Of a stretch of DNA of 64,000 nt, positions 20,602-31,115 are shown in pieces. A program made the translations under genes and the position numbers. The notes below the pieces were generated by a model. The model was given only the letters and a program-made list of their open reading frames with translations. It ran no database searches and was not told the DNA's origin. This stretch comes from Oscillospiraceae bacterium (GTDB lineage Bacteria; Bacillota; Clostridia; Oscillospirales; UBA929). Position 1 is the first letter of the stretch. Every line of letters starts with the position of its first letter. The DNA lies in NCBI GenBank assembly GCA_031549605.1, contig JAVBPM010000027.1, positions 1,338 through 65,337 on the forward strand, given 5' to 3'.

Positions 20602-22116
20602 ATGAAATATGCCGTTCGCGCTATCGTTGCCATACTTGTCATCGCCGGCTTAGTGGCCGCGGTGGCGATTTTTGGCGATACCATTATGTTTAAGCTCAAC
20701 CGATGGCAGGCGGGCAATGCCGTTGAGGACGGCGATGTGTCGCTGGCCATTTCCAAGTATGAGGAGGCGCTTGACTACCGGCCCAAGGACACCGGCACGC
20801 GGGTTAAGCTGGCGCAGCTCTATCTGCAGAAGGACAACGGCGCGCGCGCGGAAAAAGTGCTGTTTGACGGGCTTAAACTGTTGCCGGGTGACACGGCGCT
20901 GCTAACGCAGCTGTCGGCCGCTTTTGTGCAGCAGGACAAGCTGTCCGACGCCGTTGAGCTGCTCGATCAGAACAATAGTCTGATTGGCGGACTACAGGAA
21001 CAGCGCCCGCAACTGCTGATTCCCAACGTCGATCCCGGCGTTTACAACAGCGAACAAAATATTACCTTTACACTGCCGGCCGACACGCGCGTTTACTATT
21101 CGACCGACGGCAGCTATCCATCGTCGCTGACTGAGGCGTACAGCCAGCCCATTCATGTGGGCAGTGGCGTCACGACGCTGATGGCGGTGGCCGTCAATAC
21201 CGAAGGGCTGGTCGGTGCGCTGTGGCAGGGAGAGTATACGGTGGAGCATGTGGTTATGCCGGTCGACTTTGTCGACGACAATATGGAGGCGCTCATCCGC
21301 AAGACGCTCGATTCGCCGACCGAAGCGCTGTACAGCAATGATCTGTGGGGCATCACTACACTGGACAATACAGGAACCGGTATTATTCCGGCGTCACTGG
21401 ACGACTTGCAGTGGTTGACCGGCCTTGAGTCGCTGGTTATTGTGGGCGACGGCACACAGACCTATGACCTGACGTCGCTGAAGACAGTGACGGCGCTGTC
21501 GAGCCTGACGCTGGACAACTGCAATCTTGACGCCACGGAGTTTGACACCATTGTCAGCTGTGGCTGGCTGACGCAGCTGCGGTTGCCGCGCAACCATATT
21601 ACGTCGCTGTCGCCGATTACGGCGCTGACGCGCCTGCAGCTGCTTGACGTCAGTGCCAACAACTTGACCGACATAGCGCCGCTGAGCGGGCTGACGACGC
21701 TGACATCGCTCAACCTCAGCGAAAACACGGTGTCCAGCCTGTCGGCGCTGGGTGGGCTGGTGCATCTGACCTCGCTGGGTCTAAAAGGTTGCCAGTTGGC
21801 CAACCTCAACGCGTTGACACCGCTGGTGGAGTTGGCGGCGCTTGACATCAGTGACAACAGCCTGACCGAGCTGGTGGGGCTGGAAGGGCTGGCAAAACTG
21901 GAAACGCTCAACCTTTCGCACAACAGCGTCGAGCAATTGCAGCCGTTGTCGGGCTTGCCGTCGTTGAAGACGCTGGACATTTCGCTCAACAAGGTCAAGA
22001 CTGTGGTGCCGTTATTTCAATGCCGCAATCTCAAGACGGTCAAGGCGTTTGGCAATGACATCACCGACAGTAGCACAACGCTGGTGACAGCGCCATTTGC
22101 GCTTGAGCGCAACTAG
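20602..22116 (+). CDS. membrane-anchored TPR + leucine-rich-repeat (internalin-like) surface protein
   Basis: ATG 20602 after AGGAGG. N-terminal TM helix and a YYSTDGSYPS chitobiase/FN3-associated-type segment. About ten 22-residue LRRs follow (LxxLxLSxNxI...). Confidence 0.7.
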   Translation: MKYAVRAIVAILVIAGLVAAVAIFGDTIMFKLNRWQAGNAVEDGDVSLAISKYEEALDYRPKDTGTRVKLAQLYLQKDNGARAEKVLFDGLKLLPGDTALLTQLSAAFVQQDKLSDAVELLDQNNSLIGGLQEQRPQLLIPNVDPGVYNSEQNITFTLPADTRVYYSTDGSYPSSLTEAYSQPIHVGSGVTTLMAVAVNTEGLVGALWQGEYTVEHVVMPVDFVDDNMEALIRKTLDSPTEALYSNDLWGITTLDNTGTGIIPASLDDLQWLTGLESLVIVGDGTQTYDLTSLKTVTALSSLTLDNCNLDATEFDTIVSCGWLTQLRLPRNHITSLSPITALTRLQLLDVSANNLTDIAPLSGLTTLTSLNLSENTVSSLSALGGLVHLTSLGLKGCQLANLNALTPLVELAALDISDNSLTELVGLEGLAKLETLNLSHNSVEQLQPLSGLPSLKTLDISLNKVKTVVPLFQCRNLKTVKAFGNDITDSSTTLVTAPFALERN

Positions 22117-22126
22117 CTGTAAATAT

Positions 22127-22252
22127 TTAACATTTATTTAATCTAAATGGTATTGAATGATAACATCTATGGTGTAGAATACAGGTGCCTAGAGCAAGAC
22201 AGCCTGTACGCAGTGCGATAGCGAGATAGGTTGTTGTTTTCTTCAATATCAT
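22127..22252 (-). CDS. possible small Cys-containing peptide (41 aa)
   Basis: GGAGG 6 nt before ATG 22252. Product: MILKKTTTYLAIALRTGCLALGTCILHHRCYHSIPFRLNKC. Below the track cut-off, and there is no homology evidence. Confidence 0.2.
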   Translation of the reverse strand: MILKKTTTYLAIALRTGCLALGTCILHHRCYHSIPFRLNKC

Positions 22253-22270
22253 CTTTCTCCTCCACATTCA

Positions 22271-22311
22271 TGCGAAAAAGGGCAGTGACGCACACACTGC
22301 TCTTTTTCGCA
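22271..22311 (+). terminator. strong hairpin, probable terminator
   Basis: 17-bp stem tgcgaaaaagggcagtg/cactgctctttttcgca (one G-U pair), 7-nt loop, then gaTTTTT. Confidence 0.4.
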
Positions 22312-22330
22312 GATTTTTATCAGTTTGCTC

Positions 22331-22358
22331 TTTACTTTTTTTGAAAGCTTGCTATAAT
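22331..22358 (+). promoter_or_regulatory. candidate tRNA promoter
   Basis: TTTACT-16 nt-TATAAT, 27 nt upstream of the tRNA 5' end. Confidence 0.35.
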
Positions 22359-22384
22359 AGATAAGCACGTTGTCAACGCGACAC

Positions 22385-22460
22385 GGGCGATTAGCTCAGC
22401 TGGGAGAGCGCGGCGTTCGCAATGCCGAGGTCAGGGGTTCGATCCCCCTATCGTCCACCA
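22385..22460 (+). tRNA. tRNA-Ala (anticodon CGC)
   Basis: A 76-nt cloverleaf folded by hand: acceptor GGGCGAT/ATCGTCC with the G3:U70 Ala identity pair, anticodon loop TTCGCAA, T-arm AGGGG-TTCGATC-CCCCT, and an encoded CCA. Confidence 0.95.
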
Positions 22461-22463
22461 AAA

Positions 22464-22504
22464 GAAAAACCTTACAACCCTTCGGTTGTAAGGTTTTTCT
22501 TTTG
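22464..22504 (+). terminator. rho-independent terminator after the tRNA
   Basis: 16-bp stem gaaaaaccttacaacc/ggttgtaaggtttttc, loop cttc, then TTTT. Confidence 0.7.
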
Positions 22505-22748
22505 GTGCAACAGATGGCTAAAACAGCCCCTATGCTAATATGTTTTAGCGGTTACATGGCTGCGGCTATTTAACTGTTATGCCAGATGGGTAAGCCATCC
22601 GTCCCCAATACGGTACGAGGAATGACACGACTTGGTAATGTCATTGTCGTGTGTAATAATACAGTTGTACACCGTGGGACTTTAGATGCAGGAATAACTT
22701 GGTCAAACATTTTCGGTCGGCAGAATCAAATCAATAACAATGTTTCTG

Positions 22749-23858
22749 CTACGGGCGCCAGTTGACCTTAACGCTGTCCTCGCGCTGCCAGCTCATGTCG
22801 TCCATGGCCTGTTCGATGATGCCGACGCTTTCGCCGCTCCAGCCGTAGCTGCCAAAGGCGATGCCGGTGCGGTTTTTGGGTGCCAGACCCTTGACGTAGG
22901 TCAGCAGACCGCCGATGGTGGCCATGACGTTGCGGTTGAGTGTCGGCGAGCCGATGGCGATGCGCTGCGCCTCCAGCATGGCGGTGATGGCCGTTGAAAC
23001 GTGCGTGTCAGCCATGTTGAGCAGCGTGACGGTCTCGCCGCGCGACTGCGCCTCATCGGCCAACCGCTGAGCCAGCATTTCGGTCGTTTTCCACATGGTG
23101 TCGTAGGCAATCACGGTTTTCTTGGGGTCGGTCTCGTTGTGACTCCAGCTTTGGTAGCGGCTGACAATGTCATCAATGTGCGTGCGCCACATAATGCCGT
23201 GGCTGGGGCAAATGACGTCAATGTCCAGCTTGCCGACCTGTTCCAGCAGCTTCTGCACCTGCATGCCAAAGGGCAGCACGATGTTGGCGTAGTAGTCGCG
23301 GGTGCGCTCGTCGAGCACTGCCATGCCGAGCTGATCGTCAAAGCGATACTCGCTGGCAATGTGTTGGCCGAAGGCGTCGTTGGAAAAGAGAATTTTCAGC
23401 TCGGGCATATAGCTGGCCATCGAGTCGGGCCAGTGCACCATCGGCGCGGGCAGAAATTGCAACGATGTGGCGCCGAGACGCAGCGTCTGGCCCGGCTGCA
23501 CGATGTTGATGTTGTCCATGCCGTGATAGGCCTTAATAATCTTGGCACCGTTGGCGGTGGCGTAAATCTTGGCCTGCGGCGCCAGCCGCGCCAGCTCGGG
23601 CAGGCTGCCTGAGTGGTCGGGCTCGGCGTGGTTGCTGATGATGTTGTCAATTTTGTCAAAGCCGGTCAGCTGCTTGATGTTGTCCAAAAACAGCGGTGTA
23701 AACGGCGCTTTGACCGAATCGATGACGGTAATCTGCTCGTCAATGACCAGATAGGCGTTGTAGGTGCTGCCCATGGGCGTCAGATAGCCGTGGAAATTAC
23801 GGATGGCGTAATCGTTGACGCCAATCCAGTAGATGTTGTCTTTAATCTTTTGAATCAT
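22749..23858 (-). CDS. FprA-family flavodiiron protein (metallo-beta-lactamase + flavodoxin-like domains)
   Basis: N-terminus MIQKIKDNIYWIGVNDYAIRNFHGY, di-iron motif HAEPDHSG, and a C-terminal flavodoxin-like segment. Confidence 0.8.
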   Translation of the reverse strand: MIQKIKDNIYWIGVNDYAIRNFHGYLTPMGSTYNAYLVIDEQITVIDSVKAPFTPLFLDNIKQLTGFDKIDNIISNHAEPDHSGSLPELARLAPQAKIYATANGAKIIKAYHGMDNINIVQPGQTLRLGATSLQFLPAPMVHWPDSMASYMPELKILFSNDAFGQHIASEYRFDDQLGMAVLDERTRDYYANIVLPFGMQVQKLLEQVGKLDIDVICPSHGIMWRTHIDDIVSRYQSWSHNETDPKKTVIAYDTMWKTTEMLAQRLADEAQSRGETVTLLNMADTHVSTAITAMLEAQRIAIGSPTLNRNVMATIGGLLTYVKGLAPKNRTGIAFGSYGWSGESVGIIEQAMDDMSWQREDSVKVNWRP

Positions 23859-23868
23859 TGTGTGCTCC

Positions 23869-26622
23869 TTACTCTTGGGCGCTGCCGCTCTCCATGCCGC
23901 AGCATTTCTTGTATTTCTTTCCGCTGCCGCACGGGCAGGGGTCGTTGCGTCCCACCTTTTGCGCCTTGCGCACGGTGGTGTTCTTCACGCGCTCGCCGCC
24001 GAGACTGGCGCCGGTGACCTTGGCCACCTGCTCGCGCTTGGGCGCTTCGGGCGTGCGCAGCTCGGCCAAAAAGACGGTGCGAACCGTGTTTTCGCGAATG
24101 GAATTAATCATCTCGTCAAACAGCTCAAAGCCCTCCTGCTTGTAGGCGACGACCGGGTCGGTCTGGGCGTAGGCGCGCAGGCCAATGCCCTTGCGCAACT
24201 CGTCCATGGCATCGATATGGTCCATCCAATAGCTGTCGACGGTGCGCAACAGCACGACACGCTCCAGCTCGCGCATGAGCGGCTCGGTGATGCGCAGTTC
24301 CTTGGCGTGGTAGGTGTTGTGCGCCGCGTCCTTGACGGCGTCAATAATGTCCTGGTCATCAACCTTGTTTTCGTCAAACTGGCCGGCGGTCAGCTGTCCG
24401 GCCGGGTAGAGCATGCCGTTGAACGGGTTAATCGCACGCGCCAGCTGCTCCGCGCTTTCAAAATAGTGCTTTTCGCCCAGCTCGCTCTTGACCGTGCGCT
24501 CAATCCACTCGTCGGTCATGGCGGTGATGTTGTCGCGCACATCGTCGCCGTCGAGCACCTTTTTGCGCTGGCCGTAGATAATCTCACGCTGGCGGTTCAT
24601 GACGTCGTCGTATTGCAGCACGTGCTTACGCGTCTGGAAGTTGCGCGATTCGACGTTCTTCTGCGCGCCTTCGATGCGGTTGGTCAGCATTTTGTTTTCA
24701 ATGGGCGTGTCCTCGTCAAAGCCGAGGCGCTCCATCAGCCCGGTGACGCGGTCGGTGCCGAATAGACGCATGAGGTCGTCGTCGAGCGCGAGGAAGAAGC
24801 GCGATTGACCCGGGTCGCCCTGGCGACCGGCGCGGCCGCGCAGCTGGTTGTCGATGCGGCGGCTCTCGTGGCGCTCGGTGCCGATGATGAACAAGCCGCC
24901 GGCGGCGCGCACACGGTCGGCCTCGTCGGCGATGGCCTTCTTGTGGGTGGCCAGCTGCTGCTGGTAGAACTCGCGCGCTTTGAGAATCTCCCCATTGTCG
25001 GTCTCGGCAAAGCCGATGGCCTCGACGTAGGCCTCCTCAGGCAGATTGAGCTTTTTCAGCTCGGCGCGCGCCATAAACTCGGCGTTACCGCCCAGCAGAA
25101 TATCGGTACCACGACCTGCCATGTTGGTGGCAATGGTGACCGCGCCGTAGTGACCCGCCTGCGCCACAATTTCGGCCTCTTTTTCGTGGTGCTTGGCGTT
25201 CAGCACGACGTGCTTGATGCCGCGCTTTTTCAGCGCCGAGGAAAGCGACTCGCTCTTGTCAATGCTGATGGTACCGACAAGCACCGGCTGGCCCTTTTCA
25301 TGGCACTCCTCAATTTGGTTGAGGATCGCGCGCGTTTTGCCGGCCTGATTTTTGTAGACCGAGTCGGGCAAATCCTCGCGCACCATCGGCTTGTTGGTGG
25401 GAATTTCAATGACATCCAGCTTGTAGATGGCCTGAAACTCCTCGGCCTCGGTCGTTGCCGTACCCGTCATGCCCGACAGCTTGTCGTAGAGACGGAAGTA
25501 GTTCTGGAAGGTAATCGTGGCCAGTGTTTTGGACTCGTGCTCGACCTTGACGCGCTCCTTGGCCTCAATGGCCTGGTGCAAGCCCTCGGAATAGCGGCGG
25601 CCAAACATCAGACGGCCGGTAAATTCGTCGACGATGATGACCTCGCCGTCCTTGACGACGTAGTCGGTGTCGCGGTGCATGACGCCGCGCGCGCGACTGG
25701 CCAAATTGATGTGGTGCAGCAGCGTTGTATTTTCGCCGTCGGCGAGGTTTTCTACGGCAAAGGCCTTTTCGGCCTTGGCCATGCCGCTGGGCGTCAGTGT
25801 GGCCGAGCGCGCTTTTTCATCGACCACGTAGTCGCCTTCGATGTCGTCCTGATCCTCTTTGGCCTCCAGCGTGCGCACGACGGTTTTACGCAGACCGGCG
25901 ACAAAGCGGTCGGCCTGCTCATACAGCGCCGTCGATTTTTCGCCTTGGCCGCTGATAATCAGCGGTGTGCGCGCCTCGTCGATGAGGATAGAGTCGACCT
26001 CGTCAACAATCGAGAAGTTGTGACCGCGCTGCACCATGTTCTCCTTATAAATAGCCATGTTGTCGCGCAGGTAGTCAAAGCCGAACTCGTTGTTGGTGCC
26101 ATAGGTAATATCGGCGTCGTAGGCGGCCTTGCGCGCCTCACCGGTCACGCCGTGCACAACCAGACCGACGGTCAGGCCGAGGAAGCGGTAGAGGTTGCCC
26201 ATCCACTCGCTTTGAAACTTGGCGAGGTAATCGTTGACGGTGACCACGTGCACACCCTTGCCGGACAACGCGTTGAGGTAGGCGGGCAGTGTGGCGACCA
26301 GCGTCTTGCCTTCGCCCGTCTTCATTTCAGCGATACGGCCCTGATGCAGCACGATGCCGCCGATAATTTGCACGCGGAAGGGCCGCATACCCAGCACGCG
26401 GTGCGACGCCTCGCGGCAGACGGCAAAAGCCTCGGGCAGAATGTCGTCGGTCGTCTCGCCGTTTTGTAGACGCTGCTTAAACTGTTCGGTCATGCCGCGC
26501 AGCTCGGCGTCGGTCAGCGCCTTAAATTTAGCCTCCAACGCCTCAACGGCATCGGCAATGGGGGTAATCCGTTTCAGCTCACGATTGCTGTGCGTGCCGA
26601 AAACGGCGGTAAAAATGCTCAT
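23869..26622 (-). CDS. secA: preprotein translocase ATPase SecA
   Basis: Start moved to ATG 26622 (AAGGAGG RBS; [18 protein letters not shown]). Walker A MKTGEGKT and DEAD-like [20 protein letters not shown]-terminal zinc motif [14 protein letters not shown]. Confidence 0.95.
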   Translation of the reverse strand: MSIFTAVFGTHSNRELKRITPIADAVEALEAKFKALTDAELRGMTEQFKQRLQNGETTDDILPEAFAVCREASHRVLGMRPFRVQIIGGIVLHQGRIAEMKTGEGKTLVATLPAYLNALSGKGVHVVTVNDYLAKFQSEWMGNLYRFLGLTVGLVVHGVTGEARKAAYDADITYGTNNEFGFDYLRDNMAIYKENMVQRGHNFSIVDEVDSILIDEARTPLIISGQGEKSTALYEQADRFVAGLRKTVVRTLEAKEDQDDIEGDYVVDEKARSATLTPSGMAKAEKAFAVENLADGENTTLLHHINLASRARGVMHRDTDYVVKDGEVIIVDEFTGRLMFGRRYSEGLHQAIEAKERVKVEHESKTLATITFQNYFRLYDKLSGMTGTATTEAEEFQAIYKLDVIEIPTNKPMVREDLPDSVYKNQAGKTRAILNQIEECHEKGQPVLVGTISIDKSESLSSALKKRGIKHVVLNAKHHEKEAEIVAQAGHYGAVTIATNMAGRGTDILLGGNAEFMARAELKKLNLPEEAYVEAIGFAETDNGEILKAREFYQQQLATHKKAIADEADRVRAAGGLFIIGTERHESRRIDNQLRGRAGRQGDPGQSRFFLALDDDLMRLFGTDRVTGLMERLGFDEDTPIENKMLTNRIEGAQKNVESRNFQTRKHVLQYDDVMNRQREIIYGQRKKVLDGDDVRDNITAMTDEWIERTVKSELGEKHYFESAEQLARAINPFNGMLYPAGQLTAGQFDENKVDDQDIIDAVKDAAHNTYHAKELRITEPLMRELERVVLLRTVDSYWMDHIDAMDELRKGIGLRAYAQTDPVVAYKQEGFELFDEMINSIRENTVRTVFLAELRTPEAPKREQVAKVTGASLGGERVKNTTVRKAQKVGRNDPCPCGSGKKYKKCCGMESGSAQE

Positions 26623-26663
26623 AGCTACTATTCCTCCTTGCAAGCACCAAATGCTCAACGTAC

Positions 26664-26691
26664 AGTATACCACGTTTTGGCAGTCTTGCAA
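26664..26691 (-). promoter_or_regulatory. candidate secA promoter
   Basis: Minus strand: TTGCAA-16 nt-TGgTATACT (extended -10). Confidence 0.4.
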
Positions 26692-26806
26692 CAGAAAGTA
26701 AATGGGGTCAATCTTTGCATAATGAAAAAATGTGCAAAAAAATGATGTATAGTTCAATATATGGCGTTAAACTACAATTTGCATACGGTTATTTGCGGAG
26801 TTTTCT

Positions 26807-26834
26807 TTGACATTCTGCTATGACCTGCTATAAT
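26807..26834 (+). promoter_or_regulatory. candidate promoter of the ABC uptake operon
   Basis: TTGACA-16 nt-TGcTATAAT (extended -10), 79 nt upstream of the 26913 start. Confidence 0.5.
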
Positions 26835-26912
26835 AAAAGAAAAGCCCAAAACCAGACTTTTGAGCCGCGCCAATATTGCCACACAAGCGCTAGAAAAAGG
26901 TAGGTTTCTATC

Positions 26913-29150
26913 ATGAAACTGTTCAAAAGAATAGCGGCAACCCTATGCGCCTCGTTGTTTTGCCTTATGGCCGGTTGCGGTCAAAAGGTGCCTGCGCCGT
27001 CGCCGTCCCCGTCTGCATCTGCGGACGGGGACGCCCCGGTCTACTTTACCGAAGCGCCGATGCCCACCACGCCTTCGGGCGAAATCCTGCGCATTTTGGG
27101 TGAGGTAGAAAACGGGTATGTAGTGGAATTTCTCGCCACGACCGACAGCGGATTTGGCGAAGTACACATTGGAACCGTCGATGACGGCTTGGGCGGCTTT
27201 CAGTCACGCCTTTCTCAAGACTTGGGGGTTGTGACCTCGTCACTGGACAAGCAGGGCCAGCTCTATGTTATCGACTTCATGAAAACGCTGCACATCTTCG
27301 ACAAGCAGTTTGCCCCGGTGAAGCAGATTGACTTGTCGGCGATTTCTGAACTCAGAGAAGAATTTGTCAACATGCCACCCATTGTGGTGGACAATCAGCT
27401 CTGGCTGATGACGCATGATGGCTATGTGCTGCTTGGCCAAGACGGCAAAGTGGCCGCTTCCGGAAAGTTGCCGATAGACGGCGACAGGTTGGGCGTTGTG
27501 ACCGACGGGCACGACCTCTATGTCGCGTCCGGAAACAGTCAGCGGCGAAGCCTGAAAAAAGTAAAGGCCGTTGACGCGTCTGTTGAATGGGAAACGGAGA
27601 TTGCCGCCAAAGACAGCTACAAAACAATGACTTTTGATGCAACCAACAAGCAAATACTCGTGTTGTCGGGCGACAGCATTTTGACTTACGGCGTCGACGG
27701 CTCCGAGCAGGGGCAGTTGCTTGATTTTACCGATCGCGACCTCTATAGAACCGAACGCACTAAGGCGCAGGAAGACGCCGTGGCAGTTTTCAACCAGCTG
27801 TACATCTCGCCGACCTCCGACCTGATGATTACCGCCAGTTTCTACGCGGAAGACAGCTTTGAGCTGCACGGCTGGCGCTACACCCGCATTGAAGGCGATG
27901 AGGCGCGTCAATTGATGGCCGCCGAGCAGGCCAAGACAAATGCCAAAACAAAGCTGAGCGTGCTGCTTCCTTACCCCAACTATACGGCCGATTATGTCGC
28001 ACAGTTGATGGAGGCTAACCATCCCGATGTCGATGTTGTGTTTACCTACATCAGCGAAACCAGCGACATTGCGCCCGAGGATTGCACCCAGCGCGTAAAC
28101 ACGTTGGTGCTGACGGAAAAAGCCAGCTTTGACGTGATGTTCACGCAACTCCTGCCCTATACCACCTATATAAAAAAGGGGGTACTGACCAACATTGACC
28201 AGCTCAAGGGTACGTCGGCATTGTCGGACGACAGCCGTTTCTACACCAACATGATTGACGCCTGCCGTCAGGACGGTGCGCTCTATTTTCTGCCGATACG
28301 CGCCTCCTTTGAAACGCTGTGCGTTCCGAAAACGGCCGACATCGCCCGAGAGGTCATGGAAAAGCAGGGCAAGCTGACTTGGCGGGAGCTGATTGACCTG
28401 CTGGGCACGGGCAATCAGCGTCGGCTCATTACCCGGTGGAACCCCTTTGTCGACGATGTGCGGCTCTACTATCCACGGCCGTATTATGAGTATTTGAGGA
28501 GAATTCTTCAGGGTGAGAATTTGGACGATCAACTCAAGGAGGCGCTGGAAATAGCGCACTTGATGAGCCGCGACGAGCTGTATACGCCCACAGTCGAGGA
28601 CGGCGTATTCACCTTTCTGTTTTCGGCCGATGTGAGCAACGGGATGGGTTTGTTTGATTACCTCAAGAGCCACCACATCACCAATGCGCCGAGCGTGGAA
28701 AGCTCTGCCAACGGCTTTTATTTACAGGAGTCGCTTGCGATTATGGCGTCCTCGACCCAAAAGGAGCTGGCGCTTGCGTTTATCTGCTGTTACATGGAAA
28801 ATATGAACGCCGACGACTCCATCTCACGCAACGACGCCACGCAGCTGAAGCGGAACCTGACGTCCAGTATGACGGATGGGAGCTATCAAACGCTCGACGC
28901 TCCGATTCGGCAGACCATCAGCGAGAAGGGAGACCAGCTTGTCGTCACGGCCGAGGACTTGGCCGAGCGGGACCGCATTGTGGCCGAACACACGGCCGCG
29001 AAGGAGGCGCTTAATACCGCTTACATCGGCGACAACAGCCTATACGCCAGCATTGAGCAGGTCGTCGACAGCTATTGCGGCGGTGGCATGAGCGTTGACG
29101 CGGCCGTCAGTGCCATTAAGGATAAAATCTGGTTCTATGCTAACGAGTAA
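26913..29150 (+). CDS. lipoprotein: ABC-type extracellular solute-binding domain with a long N-terminal extension
   Basis: Lipobox LMAGCGQ. The C-terminal ~400 aa resemble family-1 sugar-binding proteins. The N-terminal ~330 aa are of unclear fold. Sits immediately upstream of two sugar-type permeases. Confidence 0.55.
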   Translation: MKLFKRIAATLCASLFCLMAGCGQKVPAPSPSPSASADGDAPVYFTEAPMPTTPSGEILRILGEVENGYVVEFLATTDSGFGEVHIGTVDDGLGGFQSRLSQDLGVVTSSLDKQGQLYVIDFMKTLHIFDKQFAPVKQIDLSAISELREEFVNMPPIVVDNQLWLMTHDGYVLLGQDGKVAASGKLPIDGDRLGVVTDGHDLYVASGNSQRRSLKKVKAVDASVEWETEIAAKDSYKTMTFDATNKQILVLSGDSILTYGVDGSEQGQLLDFTDRDLYRTERTKAQEDAVAVFNQLYISPTSDLMITASFYAEDSFELHGWRYTRIEGDEARQLMAAEQAKTNAKTKLSVLLPYPNYTADYVAQLMEANHPDVDVVFTYISETSDIAPEDCTQRVNTLVLTEKASFDVMFTQLLPYTTYIKKGVLTNIDQLKGTSALSDDSRFYTNMIDACRQDGALYFLPIRASFETLCVPKTADIAREVMEKQGKLTWRELIDLLGTGNQRRLITRWNPFVDDVRLYYPRPYYEYLRRILQGENLDDQLKEALEIAHLMSRDELYTPTVEDGVFTFLFSADVSNGMGLFDYLKSHHITNAPSVESSANGFYLQESLAIMASSTQKELALAFICCYMENMNADDSISRNDATQLKRNLTSSMTDGSYQTLDAPIRQTISEKGDQLVVTAEDLAERDRIVAEHTAAKEALNTAYIGDNSLYASIEQVVDSYCGGGMSVDAAVSAIKDKIWFYANE

Positions 29151-30036
29151 AAAAGCGCCGACAGGCGTATTGCGCAAGGCAAAGCCGACACGCAGGAGCA
29201 AAGCCGCCACGGCGGTTTTCGCCCTGTGTTTTACCGGCTTTGCCTTTTTCTATCTGTTTCCGTTAATCATCGGCACTTACTGGAGTCTAACCGATATTTT
29301 ACCCGACCACGAGTTTGTTCTTTTCAAGCATTACAAGGCGCTATTTGCCTCGCCCGTTTTTGTCACGGCGCTGATCAATACGGTTGTGTTTACCGTATTG
29401 GCGCTCGTGTTCATCACGGTCTTTTCCTTTGGCATTTCCTATCTGCTGGTGTTTAAGCAGAAAGGGTCGCTGGGCAAGGCAACGCTGCTGGCGCTGCCTA
29501 TCGTCATTCCGTCGGTGGCCATTTCGGCGGTGTGGCAGATGCTGTTTCACCACAAGGGCTATTTCAATGGGCTTGTCCATCTGGTCGGCGGCCAGGGCAA
29601 CGCCGACATCCTGTCGGGCGCGTGGCTTTATCTGCCGCTGCTGCTGCTATTTCTTTGGAAATACGCCGGCTTTTCCATTCTGATTTACTGTATGGCCTTT
29701 CTCAAAATGCCCAAGGAGTATGTGGAAATCCACCGTCTGGAGGGCGGCGGCAGCTGGTCGCTGATGCGGCGTGTGCTCTGGCCCTACCTGTTCCCGCAGG
29801 TGGTGTTTACGCTGGTGCTCAACCTCTTTTTCTCAGCCAACATCTTCCGCGAGACGTACGCCGTGTGGAAGGATTATCCGCCCCGGCAGCTGTACATGCT
29901 GCAAAACTACATCTTCAATAATTTTCAAAAGCTGGAGTACGAGCGTGCGCTGGCCGCGTCGGTTATCCTCATCGCCTTGATTGCCGCCTTTATTAGCCTG
30001 CTGTTTTGGATTGAACGGAGGTGGTGGCGTCAATGA
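29137..30036 (+). CDS. carbohydrate ABC transporter permease (MalF/BPD_transp_1 type)
   Basis: Six TM helices and an EAA-like loop (EYVEIHRLEGGGSWSLMRRVLWPYL). Start taken at ATG 29137. Confidence 0.8.
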   Translation: MLTSKKAPTGVLRKAKPTRRSKAATAVFALCFTGFAFFYLFPLIIGTYWSLTDILPDHEFVLFKHYKALFASPVFVTALINTVVFTVLALVFITVFSFGISYLLVFKQKGSLGKATLLALPIVIPSVAISAVWQMLFHHKGYFNGLVHLVGGQGNADILSGAWLYLPLLLLFLWKYAGFSILIYCMAFLKMPKEYVEIHRLEGGGSWSLMRRVLWPYLFPQVVFTLVLNLFFSANIFRETYAVWKDYPPRQLYMLQNYIFNNFQKLEYERALAASVILIALIAAFISLLFWIERRWWRQ

Positions 30037-30869
30037 AGCCGATCAGACGCATGTTGTCCTTTGTGTTTTTTGCCCTTTTGTTTGTCCTTGCCTTTTATCC
30101 TATCCTACAGCTTATTACCTATGCCTTGCTGCCCGAGCAAAATGCCCGTATGCAGACGGACGCCCTCGTCAACCCGGCGGTGCAGTATCTGCCGTTTATC
30201 GGCGTGCCCAACGCCTTGTCATGGGATGGTCTTGCGGACGCTTTTTCGCCCCTGCTGCTGCGCCAGTACGCCAATTCGCTGTTCTATGCGCTGACCATAA
30301 CACTGTGCCAGCTCGTTATCTCTTTTTTTGTCGCCTTCCACCTCACCGTCTCGCGCTTTAAGTTCAAAAAGCTGTTCTTTTACGCCTATGTGCTGGCGAT
30401 GGTGCTGCCGTTTCAAGTGACGCTGGTTCCCAGCTATATGATTTTTGACGCCCTTGGCCTGCTTGACAGCGTCTGGGTCATTCTGCTGCCGGGTATGTTC
30501 TCGCCCTTTGGCGTGTTTTTGTTCCACCAGTTTATGAGGCAGGTCGACACGGAGGTGATCGACGCCGCCAAGCTCGACGGTGCAAATCTGTTTGTGGTGC
30601 TGACCCGTATTGTTGCGCCGATGGTCAGGCCGGGCATTGTTGTGTTTCTGCTGCTGTGCTTCAACATCAACTGGGCGGCCATTGAGCCGGCCATCGCTTT
30701 CCTGCGTACGGCGGAGAAGATGCCCTTTGGCATTGCGCTGCGCGACATGATGAATGCCAAGCCCTGGGCCGTTTACGCACCGTCGCTGCTGTATGTTGTA
30801 CCATCGCTGCTGCTCTACGGCTGGTTTGCCTGGTACCGGCGACGCCATGAATTTTCTATAGGTATGTAA
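30033..30869 (+). CDS. carbohydrate ABC transporter permease (MalG type)
   Basis: The ATG overlaps the upstream stop (ATGA). EAA loop IDAAKLDGANLFVVLTRIVAPMVRPG. Confidence 0.8.
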   Translation: MKPIRRMLSFVFFALLFVLAFYPILQLITYALLPEQNARMQTDALVNPAVQYLPFIGVPNALSWDGLADAFSPLLLRQYANSLFYALTITLCQLVISFFVAFHLTVSRFKFKKLFFYAYVLAMVLPFQVTLVPSYMIFDALGLLDSVWVILLPGMFSPFGVFLFHQFMRQVDTEVIDAAKLDGANLFVVLTRIVAPMVRPGIVVFLLLCFNINWAAIEPAIAFLRTAEKMPFGIALRDMMNAKPWAVYAPSLLYVVPSLLLYGWFAWYRRRHEFSIGM

Positions 30870-30996
30870 GTTCGCAAGCGCAAGCATGTGTGCCGAACGA
30901 TTGAATGGCATCACACGCCACGCAGGCGTTTTTTGCCTTGCCTTTTTGTCGTTGTTATATAATGTATAGCTGCCCCGCCAAAAGAAGCAAAATGTG

Positions 30997-31025
30997 TTGA
31001 CAAGGCTTGCCGTTGGTGCTATAAT
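30997..31025 (+). promoter_or_regulatory. strong sigma-A promoter of the rpmG-secE-nusG cluster
   Basis: TTGACA-17 nt-TGcTATAAT, a perfect -35 and -10 with an extended TG. Confidence 0.6.
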
Positions 31026-31115
31026 ACCGGTTACCTGTCAACGGGGGTCTTTTTTTTGTGCACAGAAAAAAAGAAGCGCCCGCAGGGAGGCAACAAGTTA
31101 AGGAGGTGCCGCACA

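Noticed and set aside
22461-22748. tRNA-Ala 3' flank as an integration site (288-bp lower-GC gap with nested helices)
   Set aside because: There is no integrase gene and no second copy of the tRNA 3' end in the window. The gap may hold terminators for the convergent flavoprotein gene. The evidence is insufficient.
24805-26469. 554-aa ORF on the plus strand
   Set aside because: It lies entirely antisense to secA and its sequence is low-complexity and Val/Gly/Leu/Arg-rich. Shadow ORF.
27240-28676. 478-aa ORF on the minus strand
   Set aside because: It is antisense to the solute-binding lipoprotein gene, which has a promoter, RBS, lipobox and operon context. Shadow ORF.
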